DNA from: Mesotaenium endlicherianum
Taxonomy: Eukaryota
Direction of reading: 5' to 3'
Assembly (NCBI GenBank): GCA_009602735.1
Contig: WELA01003638.1
Coordinates: 65,258-98,435 of the forward strand
DNA length: 33,178 nt
The translations under genes were made by a program, and so were the position numbers. The notes under the pieces were generated by a model. That model was not told the origin of the DNA and made no database searches. It saw nothing but the letters and a program-made list of their open reading frames with translations. Within the stretch, counting starts at the first letter, position 1; each line of letters begins with the position of its first letter. Of this stretch, positions 1-12,514 are shown piece by piece.

Positions 1-1713
1 GCCAAAGCTGTGGAACTTGGACAGCAGGTCCTGCCCAGCCCTGATCGTCGACGCCAGCTCTACCAGGCTCTCTGCTTTGCACTTGTTCCCAGCCGGGCTG
101 GCCCCGGCCCCACCAGAGGAGCCTGCACGTGCCGGCGGGCTGCCAGCTGGCGGTGGCGATGCGCTAGCATCATTACCGGCGCTGAAGCTCACCGCTGCGA
201 CAGCGCTCTGAGACGGGCCCAGGGTTCTGCAGCCGTTTGCCTCTTCCCCGACGGGCGCGTGCTGCTTCTTATTGAAGCTTGCTCGCACAATGGAGCTCCT
301 CAGCTCTTCCAGCTCCTCCGGAAAGTTGTAGGGCGTGCCACCGGCAGCTGCCGCCGTGCCACCTGTCGCACCTGGCTTGCCAGCAGCACCAGCGGCATCA
401 TACAACCGGGGGTCCACATCGAGAAGGGTGTCCCCGCTCAAATGCAGAGCAGCCTGCAGCGACTTGGCAAGCTCCTCCACTGCCCCTTTGGGGGGGGTGC
501 TGGGCAGGCCAAGCTCTGCGTTGCGGCAGCTGCAGCTCAGGCAGCTGCCGAGCGAGCCCGGGTTGCTGGCGTCGCGGGGCCCGCAGCCTTGGGCAGTGGA
601 GGAGGACGAGGAGAAGAGCATGCTCAGCACCATCTCCACAGTCACTTCTCCCATCTCCTCGCCCTTCACCTGGCTCTCCAGCCTCTGCAACTGGGCTGCC
701 AGCTCGGCCAGCTTGTCGTCCATGCTGAGAGAGAACATGCTGCTTCCCCCCTTCCCGTTGCTGTCTTCTGCCTGGAGGCTTGCCTTCAGTTCCCACCCAT
801 TCCCCTGTGCAGGCCTGGAGGCGGCCGTAGAAGCGGCGGCAGCAGCAGCAGCAGAGGCTTTCACTCTCTGGGGCTCTGTGCTGCTGGGGCCCGCCCAGCT
901 GGCTCCCACCAGAGCTCTCTTGCTGGCAGACAGCTGTTGGGAGAGCTCGGCCAGAGGAGCGTTCAGGTACTCCAGGAACTTGGCCACTCGGAGGGGGGGC
1001 TTGTTGGGCGCCTTCAGAATGAGGTTGCTGACAGCGACGGGGGACCCCCGTTCTCTGCGGCCCTCGTCGGCGGCCGCGTCCGGGCGTTTCATGCCGTTGT
1101 TCGGCGCATAGTAGTCGTCCGAGCCCTTGTGCCGCTTAGCACGCCGAGGCGAGTCCATGTGCTCCTCCTCCGCAAACTCGTCATCAGCCAAATAGCTCCT
1201 TGCCTCTTTGCGGTCCTCCCCTCCCCTCTCCACCCAGTTGGCGGCGGCAGCAGTTGGGGCAGGAGCCCGGGCCCTGTCATCAAATCTGCCCGCCGAGCAG
1301 TGGCCAGCAGCCCCCCCCTCGACAGCCTCAGCTTCCTCGCCAGGCCTCTGGCGCGCACCTGGACTGCCACGCTCTGCTCCAGCAAGCAGAGTCAACCCCT
1401 GGAGCGTCCCCCCTGCAGATGATGCTTTCGCCTCTGCTGCGGCACGCTCCCTAGAGCCGCTCTTGTTCTCGCTCCCTGCAACTGCTGATGCTACTGGAGC
1501 GGCATTAGCAGCTGAAGCTGCAGCTCCAGCTCCAGCTCCATGCGCTTGCGCACCCGAGGCAGAGCCCTTCTTCTTGTCGCCGCCGCCGCCGCCGCCTCTC
1601 TGCTTCTCGGCGGCCCGGGCAGCCTCCTCCTCCCTCTCCTTCTCTTTGAGCTTCTCCTTCTCCAGCTTCTCCTTCCCGCGGCGCAGCTTCTTCTCCCGCT
1701 TACGCTGCGCTTT
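1..1713 (-). CDS. Large stop-free minus-strand exon (>=571 codons), most likely a distal exon of the NOT4 gene
   Basis: I read the frame with no stop from 1713 to base 1 (KAQRKREKKLRRGKEKLEKEK...LRVAKFLEYLNAPLAELSQQL...DKLAELAAQLQRLESQVK...). It is absent from the ORF track, presumably because it has no stop inside the window. The acceptor TATGCAG| ends at 1714. The phase-0 donor AAG|GTGACG at 2244/2243 joins to give ELTLEQK-KAQRKREKK. An in-frame ATG at 1719 leaves a separate gene possible. Confidence 0.72.
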
Positions 1714-4700
1714 CTGCATACACCACGCCCTTACCTCCAAATTGAGGGCTTCAATACATCAGACACACATGCGCAGCCCCCCCTGGAGCAGCTAACTTCC
1801 TGCTTCATGCAGGCAGCATCGCGCAATACGAGCAGCAGGACAAGACACAAACATTCAGCCATAGAACTGCGGCTCACTCGACCAATGTCTTCTTCACAAT
1901 GCCAACATCCATGGCATTCGATGCAGAGGACACAAAAACTACCAACACCATCATTCCAATGCACCACTAGAGTGGAGGTGGGTTCATGTACTATTTCAAG
2001 GATAGAAAGTCCACAGGCTACCAGCTTCCCATCTGTTCGCATCATGCAAATCTAATACACAGCAGTCACATGACACACTCGGGGAAGGAATCACGATAAG
2101 CCTTAACACAAACTGCAGTCCCCTCAGTGCCTTCACCTCCAGAACACCAGAACACCCCCGGCAGGCAGCCGACATCCTCGCATCCACTCTGCGCTCCTAC
2201 TCTCGGCTCATCACCCCAGTCCAAAGGAGACAAGGAGCGTCACCTTTTGCTCCAGAGTGAGCTCTGCATCTTGGTCGCCCTCGTCCACGCCCCCAGGCCC
2301 AGCAATCTGTGCTGCAGCACTGTATCCACTGCCATCTACCATTGCAACAGAAAGCGAGGGGCCACCGAACCCAGCCGGGGGTGCAACCTGAAACGACGGC
2401 ACCCCCGCACCTGTGACATAGGCAGGTGGTTGCTGCATGGAGTACTGCTGCTGCTGCTGCTGCCGCTCCAAGAGGTCTGGCAGCCCATCCCTGAAGCCCG
2501 GTGTGAGATAGGCAAAGCGATGACTGCCGGCCCCCGAGCCACTGCCACCTGACATCTCCATGGGACCTACGGCAGGATAAGGCAACTGGACCCCGGAGCC
2601 TGCAGCAGCGCCTCTGCCTCCATCCTCACCCCCTCCTGCTGCCTCCCTCCGGTAGTCCAAGTGCATGCTGGGCCAAGACAGCTCCTGAGGGGACGAGCCC
2701 AAGCCCGAGCCTGAGCCCGAGCCAAAACCCAAACCTGGAGGTGTGGCTGTCCTGGAGGCGCCAGCAAGGCTCCCCTCATGACCCCCAGCTCCATAGGGAG
2801 GCTGCGGGGGGGCAGCAAGAGCCTCAATGAACGCGGAGCAATTGTCATTTCCGACCATATGCGCATTACCATGCTCGTGGGCGTAGGCGTGGAGATGATT
2901 GTGGCGCAAGAAGTTGGAGTCCAAGGAGGAGCCGGGCCCCTGCAGCTGCAGGTCTTGCTGGAGGGCAAACAGATGCCGCGAGCTTTTCCCGCTCAGAGCA
3001 GGCGAGCCCCCCTCGCTCTCCTGGGGGGGAGCAAACCACCCGCCCTCGCCGGAGGTGGCCGACGCCATGGACGCAAAGGAGGAGTACTCCTTTGGATGCT
3101 GCTGCTGCCGCATGTAAGAATGGGCACCGCTCGTCTGCTGCTGGGGGTAGGTGTTCTGGACAGCAGGTGGCTGCTGGTGGGGCCTGAAGGGTGAGAGGTT
3201 GTACAGCAACCCATTTGGCACTCCTGAGAATGCCTGCAACACATTTGGGTAGCCGGAAAACGACGGCTCCTGGGGCGGCAGCCCCGGGGGAAGGTAGGAA
3301 TAGGGGCTTCCCCCGCCGTGGTGCCCAGAGGCGAAGTGGCCGGGCAGCGCACTCACGCCTGTGCCAAGGTGGGGCAGCTGAGCCGTGGGACCTCCCAAAT
3401 TGCTGGCCGACATGTCGTGGTAATGCTGCTGCTGCTGCTGCTGCTGAAGCATGGGCGACTGGCCGTACATGCCTGACAGGCCATACGGGCTGCCCACGGG
3501 TGAGACGGAGCTTCCGCCACCGCCCACGCCCTGGCCTGCGCCGCCCCCGTTGTTATTATTGTGGTTGCCAAAGAAGGAGCCCAGGGACAAGTTTTGCAGC
3601 CCCTGGCCAGCCCCTGCCCCAGATTGCGAGCTCCTGTGCGGCACTGGCAGAGCACCCTTCCCCACGGCCATAATGGCAGGGTCCAAAAACTCGAGCTCGC
3701 TGACGGGGTCTTCCGCCGAGTCAGAGAGAGCTGCAGCCTGGCTGCCTACATGACCGTGCTCCCATCTTGCCAACGCTGCAGCGGCATGCGGCTCCTGCGT
3801 TGCTGCAGCACCTGCCTTGTACTCGCGAGCCCCTGCAGCAAGGCAGCAAGCAAAGAGAGTGTGCACACACCCGAGAGGTTATAGTGGAGAGTCAGAGCAA
3901 GCAGTTCACGAAGCCAAGAGCAGAAGACACCTATCAGTATAGCAGTCCAGTGATCGCAACAAACACATAGTCCCACTTGAGAGGAGGAAGAGCACGACCT
4001 GTTGCCAAGTGATGTCTGAGTGGACATAAATAAAAGATAGACGACAATAACGGGACTCACCAAACCCGGGAGGTGGTGGTGGCAGCCTGGTGCCGCCTGA
4101 AGCCGGGCCAGCTTGCGCGCGGGCTGGAGCTCCAAACCCTGGCGGGGGTGTCAGCCCTGCACATGATAGTCACAGCAGACATTCAAACAGTAAGCTAGTC
4201 GGCGCAAACCGGCACAATAGTGGCATCTGGATAGCCAGTCTGTGTAGCAAAAGACACCCCTTGCCTCCTCAGGGAGGCCCTGCAGTCTTGCGGTAGAGCT
4301 CATTGAGCTAAAGACATACAGAGCTCCATCCACTTTCTCCACCAGTAAAGCATCCGGAGCTTTGTTTGAGGAGGGGGGGGAAAAGAATCAATTCAGGTTG
4401 ACATACTAATAGGAGTCACGTATGCCTCTGAAATTTCCGGAGGAAGCCCCATGCAAAAGAGCCTCCAAAAAATAAGATAAAATACGCACACCCTGTGTTG
4501 GTCCTGCTGTCCCCGGCCCATACAACACAACCGACTACCCAGAAACATAGGCAGGACCGTGGTTCATCACAACAAGACACTACAAACTTTGTCCACAATT
4601 CTGGGTCGCGCTCTCAAAAGAGTGCACATCCTTGTAAACAGCCAATGTAGAGCTGACATGATCTTCAAATTGGGTCCCAACACGTTCTCGACAACGACCA

Positions 4701-7700
4701 AGGAGGAGCAAAGCCTGGCAAAGAAGCCTATCCATGACGGAAGTTCCCTACCTCCGGTCTTGGGCGCAGGTGGGTAACCAGAGAAGGATGACTGAATAAT
4801 GTTCTCTTCGTACGGCATGCCAGCCGTGGTGCTCCCCCCGCTGCTTGCCCCGGGAGCAACAAAAGGGTGGTCCTGCGCCTGCTGTGACGTCCCCATAACA
4901 GCTGCAGGTCCACCACCATAGGGAGGGCCCGGTGCAGCCGCCGCTGCGGGCTGGCTGAAAGCTCCACCAAAGAAGGAGCTGATGGCGTTTCTGCCTTCGG
5001 CGATGCTCTCCTCGTCCTCCTCGCGCGCAAACCGGAACCTCGACTGCCTGCCGGACGAGCTGCTGCTGCGACTGGGCATCCCCGGCGAAGGTCCTGCTCC
5101 CGGTACAGCCTCTGGCTTGGAGGAGGAGGAGGAGGACGCGAATATCTTGGCTAGGTCGCCGGGAGCGTTCAGCGGGCCCTCCCCCCACATGTCCAGGTCC
5201 AGTCCCAGGATGTCTGCAATCACGCTCATCTCATCCTGCATTGCGGGGGGCGGGGCGCCAGGTGGCCTGGTGGCCGCTGGTACAGCGCTCGAGGCGATGT
5301 CTGTGGTCTGACCCGCCTCTGAGGAGGCCTCTGCTTCGTGTACCTCGTGGCAGTCGCCCACAGCACCCACTGCAATGGAACTGTTCGTCACCATGGCACG
5401 CTCGCTCTCCTCCTGCTCCTCGGTGAGCAACAAGTCTCCAGTAATGATCCTCACAAGGTCATCGTCCGGCAGACCCGCACTGTGTACATTCCCTTTGCCC
5501 TGTCCGTCGCCTGGGTGCGCCTGCACTGACACGAGAGCAGCTTCCGCATTCCCAGTGTCGCTCTCACCCACAGTGCCCTCAACCTCCCCGCCGCTTGTCT
5601 CAGCTACAGCTACCCCGCCCTTGAGAGGTTCCTCAAGATCAGATGCGGCAGCACGGTGCACCTCTGCCCCAACTGCAATTTCACCCTCACCCTCGCTTCT
5701 GCCGGAAGCTTTCCAAGGCTCTGGAGCATGGCGTCCCTCCTCCTTGCGAGCAACCTCTCCCTCCTCTTTCTGTGACTCTCTAGCCTGTTGATCCTCCCGC
5801 ATGAGCCTGCTGATACCCCCCGTGGAAGAATGCCTACCTGACTTCTTGCCTGATTGTGTTTCAGGCCTTATTGCATTGGTTGACACACTACTCGCGTTTA
5901 CCTTAGCTTTCTCAGGCGGCTCGGCCGATGCTTCCCCAGATCCTGAAACGGCTGCCTTGGCATCAGGAGGTTCCACCTTTCCAGTTGCAGCTTCTTGCTG
6001 GGCAGCTGCAGCTCTGGAACCATGCTGTTTCTCTGTACTACCAACACTATCCTCTTTCGAGACTGACCTTGCAGCAACTGGAACAGGAGCCGAAGCAGGA
6101 GGAGCAGAAGAAAGATGGGCGGCGGCGGCAGCAGCAGCAGAGCTCATTCGAGTACCTGCTTCAACAGCGCTGCTTACACCTGAGCCTGAGCCCAGGCCTG
6201 AGCTTGGGCCTGAAGCACTAGCAGAGGGTGCAGTGCTGCCACCATGCATGCTGCTGCCATGAACTTGCCGACCTCGAGCTTTCCCATTACTCTGAGCAGC
6301 CAACACAGCGGCAGCCTGCTTGGGTGTGGGGTCGAGCGCTACGATGCGCGGTTGCTGCGGAACACTCTCTGCTTCATGGGGCTTGGAGTGCCGTGCTGCG
6401 GCGGCAGCAAAAGAGCCGGCCGGTGGCTGTCTCCCTGCTTTAGTCACAGGAGGAGTGGTGCCAGGCGATGGACTGGTCACAGCAGGAGCAAACCCAGAAA
6501 CTGAGTGCCGCGCCGCGGGCGGTTCGCCCGCAGGAGAGGAGCCCAGGCTGACCGACGCGCTGCTGTTGCCATTGCGATGCTTGGCCAGGTTGGCCCAGCC
6601 CGTGAATGCAACAGGCGAGCTGCTGAGGCTTGCCGAGGGGCTCATGTTGGGCAGCTTGTCGGAGCCTGCCGAGCTGGCCACGGACATGGGGGAGGTGCCA
6701 GGATTTGACATCACCGGAGGAGGGTGGGCACTGGCATGGATCACACGCCCGCCCAGCACTGCAGCGGAAGCGGAAGGGCGCCGGTGAGGCGAGGTCGAGC
6801 CATTTGCTGTGGAGAGTGACGCCCCAGAAGTGGAGGGCGAAGGTATGGGCCTCGGCTTGGAGCCAGGTGGAGGCCCTGATGCCTTTGATGGGATAGGTAC
6901 TGGTGCGGCCCCTTGCGGCCTGACGACAGATGGTCCCTTGGAAGCCCTGATCCCACCAGCACCCCACCAGCATCGATGTGCACATAGGTGCATCAGTCTA
7001 GCGTGACATGTCGCCACACAGTGCCATGAAAGACCTGGTTGTCCCAAAACATCAGCCTTACGCTGCTTGCTTGTGGCATAACGCTTGTGTAAAGAGCACG
7101 TGGTCTTGTGCCCCACAAGTCTGTAGCATGAGATACCAGAAATGCACGAGGTGTGCAGGACATACCAAGAGGCGGCGGGTGGCAAGCCACTGGTCCTCGC
7201 AGTTGCTGTTGGGGCTTGGGGAATGGCGACAGCCTTCATAGCCGCACTAGTTGTCGCAACCGACGGGGCCGGTGGCGGCAGCGACGGCTGCAGCAAGGCT
7301 GGAGATGCAGCCTGTTTGACAAACAATGCAACAGTAAGCTCACACCTCTGGACACTGACGCTCACTGGCATGTCCACACAGCCCTACGCGCATTCCAAAC
7401 ATGCAGATGGCAGTATGCTTTCTGCAGCTTTCGCAGAACCCACATCATGCAGAGCTCAGGTCCTGACACCGACAAGCACTTGATGACCGATACTTGCAAG
7501 GGCATGCGCAGTCGAAGAGAATGCTCTCACTTTGCCTACACAGACCACAGAGTCCCTTCTTATTAGCATACGCCGAGCACAACTCCCTGCTTAGAAAAAG
7601 GTCGCTCCTTCACACCACAACCAGCAAGCTGCCGATCGATGCATGGATGGTAAACAATTGCTAAAATTCACTCTGCAGCTAAGCAATCATTTAATACTGA

Positions 7701-10348
7701 TAGAACTTCTTCAGAAACACTACGTTCTCATAGTAGTACATGGATGACATTACCGCAGATGAGGGCGAGGCTAGCTGATCGGGTGAAGGTGGAAATCCTC
7801 CTCCTAAGCGGCGAGACGGCGGATGCAGGGCATCATAGGAGCTGGTTTTACTGCATCCGCACAATGCCCCTTGTCCACAGTGAGCTGTTAGTTACTTCGG
7901 CAGGCTACTACGCGGTTGAAAAGCACACAAGAGAGCCATGCGCACCTGTAGAGAGGTCAACAAGCATGAACTTGAGAAAGAGAACGTTCCATGCCCTGGT
8001 AAAACAGGATGCGAAGTAGTACAGGACTTTGATGCTGCACACATACTGCATGTGAGATCTGTGCCAAAATCAGATACAATTTGAATGCCTGCAAACTGTA
8101 GTACAATTTGAAAACAGCGCTTAAAAAGAGAAAGCAGTCCCTCAAAAATGACCCACTCACCTTCCAAACTTCGCTAACATTTCTTCTTTGGTGAAGCTGT
8201 CTTCTTGCGTGCCAATCTCATGCAGGTATAAGCAGTCGGGGTTATTACAGGGCTGCAAACATGAGGCACGCGGCGCAAAGATGTCAAGGAACCATCAACA
8301 ACTGACGGTACAACTTGAAGTGCTCTCAAGCGAAACAGCACACTCATTCAACAAAACAAGGCACACATCACTCCCAAATCCTTTCTCGCCAATACCAATG
8401 TAACAGGATAGCTCAGACGATACTCACCATATTCTTCAACCAGGCATTGCAGTACTTGGTCGTTCCAAAGCAGGCTCTGTCGACAAGAAATAGCATGCAT
8501 GAGTAAATGAACAGCAGTTACAGCACTTATGCCTTCGACTCCTAGCGAATGGGGCTTAAGTATCCCTCTCCCAGCAACGCAAACAATCCACGCACACTTC
8601 AATTTGCTCATTTGTACTGGGTATAACCCTGCCTTGCAAGACCCATGTTCAAAGTCTAACCCTCATCCAAAAGGGAGCCCTCACCCCGTAAGCAGTTCTC
8701 ATGGTCATCACCTGAGCTCCACCTGTAAATAAGCACAAGCAAGCAGACACTTGGGGAAGCTGGGAAACTTAGAAGTACCTCAACACCTTTCCTTCTATCG
8801 AACAGCCGTCCAAAGCCTGTATACACCTCAGGGCATCTTCCTCCTTCACAAAAGTGACATATCTGCATCACAGGCATCAAGAGCAACGTCATACATGCTT
8901 CCAGTTTCATGAGATTGAACCTCTGCTGCTGGGGGCAAAGAGTGGCATCTAGCAACGAATATACAGTACTACAACAGAAGGCTGAGCCCCCCCATCAATG
9001 CACAACCGTGCAGTATCAGGTGTGATATCCGCGAGGTTGCTGGGCCGAACTTACACACTGGCGGTTGGTCCACTTGGCGCGTGAGGAGCATTATAGTTGC
9101 TTGAACGAGACACTGCTATCTTCAAAACCTTGCCGTACTGCCCAAGGTACTCCCGCCGCTCCAGCATCTGTTGCCCCAAGCCAACACTACTTTGACTTAA
9201 TGTCCAGAAAACTAGTTATCTGCTCTCAAGCAGCTCATGCAAGTAATACCTCTTCTGAATATTTCACCCGACTACATCTGTTTGCGGTGTCATGCACGCA
9301 GAGCGTACTTCGAGCTTGAATCCCATGACTAGCTGAACAGTTATTGTTCCTTCAGTAAAATCCCCATAACTAAATGATTACTCTTCGCCCCTCCCTCCAG
9401 AACCAGCTGATTCGTTCAACATACGTGGATCCCATGACAAGAGTGCCCAAACAGGAAGCCTCCGCACCATCATTTGAGAGAAACTCTCTCATATGCGAAA
9501 CATGCAAAAACTATTAAGGATGTGGGTGGCGCATGCTTACCTCCTCATCTGCAGCACCCATAGGAAGTCCCACCAGATACACAAGATTACGCTGCACTAC
9601 TCTAACATTACTTAGATGCTTCCTGTCCGCTGCTCTCTGCCTTGCTTTGTGCACCTTCTGCTTCTTGTCAACATAAGATTCAGCCACCCTGCAAAGACAT
9701 TATTTGGAAATGCTTTAGGCTTTAGCGACCCAATGGCAGACCACACGAAAAGCTCACGTTCCCATCTTTATATATACCTCTTGTGTGCAGATTAGCACTC
9801 ATGCCCTCTCCTATGTTAACTAAAAGCTCGTACAAAAACCCCACTAACACCACTTAAACCCGCACGGCACAAGCTTAGGACAAAATCAACATAATGGTTA
9901 TAGCGCTTAACCGCAACCCGGATTCTACACCTGCAGCAAAACTCTTGCCATGAACAGCTTACTTAAGCTTGTGGAGAGGGCTACCAACAAACCACTTACT
10001 CTTCAGGGTCTGGGGATGCAGCGATTATTTTATCCTTGTCATAAGAAGTCCGGCAGGCTGGACAGCGTCCTTCTGTGCTGTTTTTCACTGCCAACTCCAT
10101 GACTTGGTGCCAGCACCACAAGCATATCTGCAATTTGACAATTGACCACTCAGCCTCGTCAACAATCACCCCCAAGAAAGTGACAAGACCTTTGCAGGCA
10201 CACTTGTTTTCAAACTCCAGAGGTGGTGATCCAGTACAACTCATACCTGGTATCCACACTGGCATGGCTGAAAGCGCCTGTCAGTAAGATCCATCTCCTC
10301 GAGACAAAGAGGACAGACATACTCAGAATCCTCGCTGCTCGTGTCCAT
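1..10348 (-). CDS. NOT4: CCR4-NOT subunit 4 / NOT4 RING E3 ubiquitin ligase (C4C4 RING, RRM, C3H1 zinc finger, long low-complexity C-terminus); 3' end runs off the window
   Basis: Phase-consistent GT-AG exons on the minus strand: 10348-10247, 10127-10000, 9688-9541, 9167-9055, 8862-8779, 8476-8428, 8252-8161, 7850-7754, 7311-7166, 6946-4752, 4156-4061, 3832-2244 and probably 1713-<1. The spliced protein reads MDTSSEDSEYVCPLCLEEMDLTDRRFQPCQCGYQICLWCWHQVMELAVKNSTEGRCPACRTSYDKDKI (RING), RKHLSNVRVVQRNLVYLVGLP...YLGQYGKVLKIAVS...VYVTFVKEEDALRCIQALDG (RRM) and RACFGTTKYCNAWLKNMPCNNPDCLYLHEIG (C3H1). It also has the plant NOT4 motifs LPPAASW, RQSRFRFAR, PPPGF and EFLDPAIMAVGKG. Confidence 0.93.
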
Positions 10349-12514
10349 TGTGATGACTACCCCTTAGCCACCCGCTTTCAAAAATTTGAGACGAGAACTT
10401 TAGCCCAGCTAATCCTTATTCTCTTTCAAGCTAACAGAACCCCAAAATGGTCCGCAAGCCCTGTAGAGATGGTATGATACTCTAATATGAACATCCACTC
10501 TCCTCCCTCCACGACGAACCACAACCATAATGTGTTCTAAAGGCGTGCCACTGTCCACAGTGTTCGGTCCTTCCCAACGATGTTGTCTGCCATAGTTTGG
10601 GGGGGCAAGCATCTGAGGTAGCGGTAGCCAACCCTAGCATGTCAACCGCCTCATGTATGTTGTGCTCCAAACCACATGACGTGGCAGCCACTCAAAGGAT
10701 GCAATGGATCGGCATGGTGGGCCACCTCAGCTACCACAGCAGCAGCAGAAGAACACAATCGAAAACCCGTCCGAACCAGTCCGAACGGGCAAACTGGGGC
10801 AAACGTTTACCAACGTTTACAGACGTTTATGCTTCCCGACGTTTGACGTGTGTGCGTGCTCATGATCTACTGTCGTGCCTGGTCGTGCCTATGCGCGTCG
10901 GACCCAGTCGCATGAGCCACCCTTCCTACCGACAATCAACCATTCTATTCGCCCGCATAGCAATTTAGAGTCATGCATCTCAAACAACGCTGCTAACATC
11001 AAAACTCATGCACTCGTCGTAAGCATCATGAGCAAAAAGATTTCAAGGAAAAGTAGCTAGCTTCTTACCACATCTGCTCCTAGTGGTTCGTGAGCCAGGA
11101 AATCTGTTGCCCAACTTGGCAAGCATGTTCAAAGTGTTCAATATTACAGGCAAGGTAAGCAAAATTTCCAACAATCAGAAACGCCTCAACTTCTTAAAAT
11201 TGAAGGAAAAACGTAACGCTTCACCTTCTAATAGGGTAGAGCCTCTCCATCCCTTATCTTCCTTGAACTTCCAAGAACCTTCTCAATCGTATCTTCCTAA
11301 AGCTTAGCAATCTGCCACCGAGGACTCTCAAGTGTTCAAAGGGCCATATCTGCTGTAGCTAGAACACTCTAGCATCTTCCAACAACTTCTCGCAGCTTTT
11401 AACAATTGTTGGGCTCTCAGACGCAGCCTTGAATTCTTTCCGTAGCTGACGCAAAGGAAATTCCTTCACACACGCTTGAGCGTGCGTCGGGTCACTTGCG
11501 TCGTCAACCTGCTTCAACGTTTGACCCGCGCGCGACCCGCACGCGATCAATAGCCTGAACAACTACTAGTTCGAACTATTGGTTGTATGTGTGTCGCTCA
11601 GCGTCGAATACTTTATTGAAATGCGGGCCTTCATTCACAATTCACCCCTATGACTAGCTTTCCAAATTTCGTCTTAGGGTAGATTGTAGGGACGTAGCTA
11701 GTTGTTAGTGAACACAACCAACAAAGGCTTTCTCATATCAAGGCAAAAACGTCTGAAAGTACATTCAAGAGAGATATTGTAAACGTAAAAATCAAGTGCT
11801 TGCCAATTCATATCTTTCCATTATTTACGTGATTAAGAATTTTAAAGCTAGAGCTTCATGTAAGTCAAATGTCACCTTTCACCTCCGATCACTCAGTTAT
11901 TTTGAAAAGATCCATAGTACGACACTAGGTAACCCATGGCAACAAGTCTAGTGTGGCAACTTACATGGTTATACTCGTTAGATCGATACTATTATGATTA
12001 AGCACTTTGAAGTGATTAATTTTGTTTTATTTGGACTACGATTTCCTTCACAACAAGTTGGAGTTTCTAGAGAGGGATGAAATGGGGAGCTAAATAACTG
12101 GATTGGGTTGATCGCCGATGCGGTTCTATGATTTCCTCATTACAGTTCTTGCTCAAGTACTTGTGAGTTAAAGTATATTGAGACTCATACATCTTACAAC
12201 ATGAACAATGGTGCAAAATTTAGCCGCACTCTGAGAATGGTGAATCTGGAGCACTGCAAATATCTTGGGGTTCCCTTCAAGTACGTTTAGCACAACCCTC
12301 GCACTATTTAAGGGGACAACGAATGTTTCACATCAACATGCATCAAAACAAGAGAAGAACATTGAGGCTGTGCAACATTTCATCGCTAGCTAACGAGGGC
12401 CCTAGAACGTTGTATATATGATGACATAATGTTCTATTGAGTTCTATTGAGAATATAGTCAGCTCTCTCAAGGGACAGGTGTAACATACAAAAGTGTTGA
12501 ACTACCTTAACACA

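Noticed and set aside
10..1795. Long plus-strand ORFs (470, 258, 195 aa)
   Set aside because: Antisense shadows of the GC-rich minus-strand exon 1713-1; no recognisable domains.
11600..12300. AT-rich intergenic block, possible decayed transposon
   Set aside because: I could not identify any terminal repeats, TSD or coding remnants by eye.
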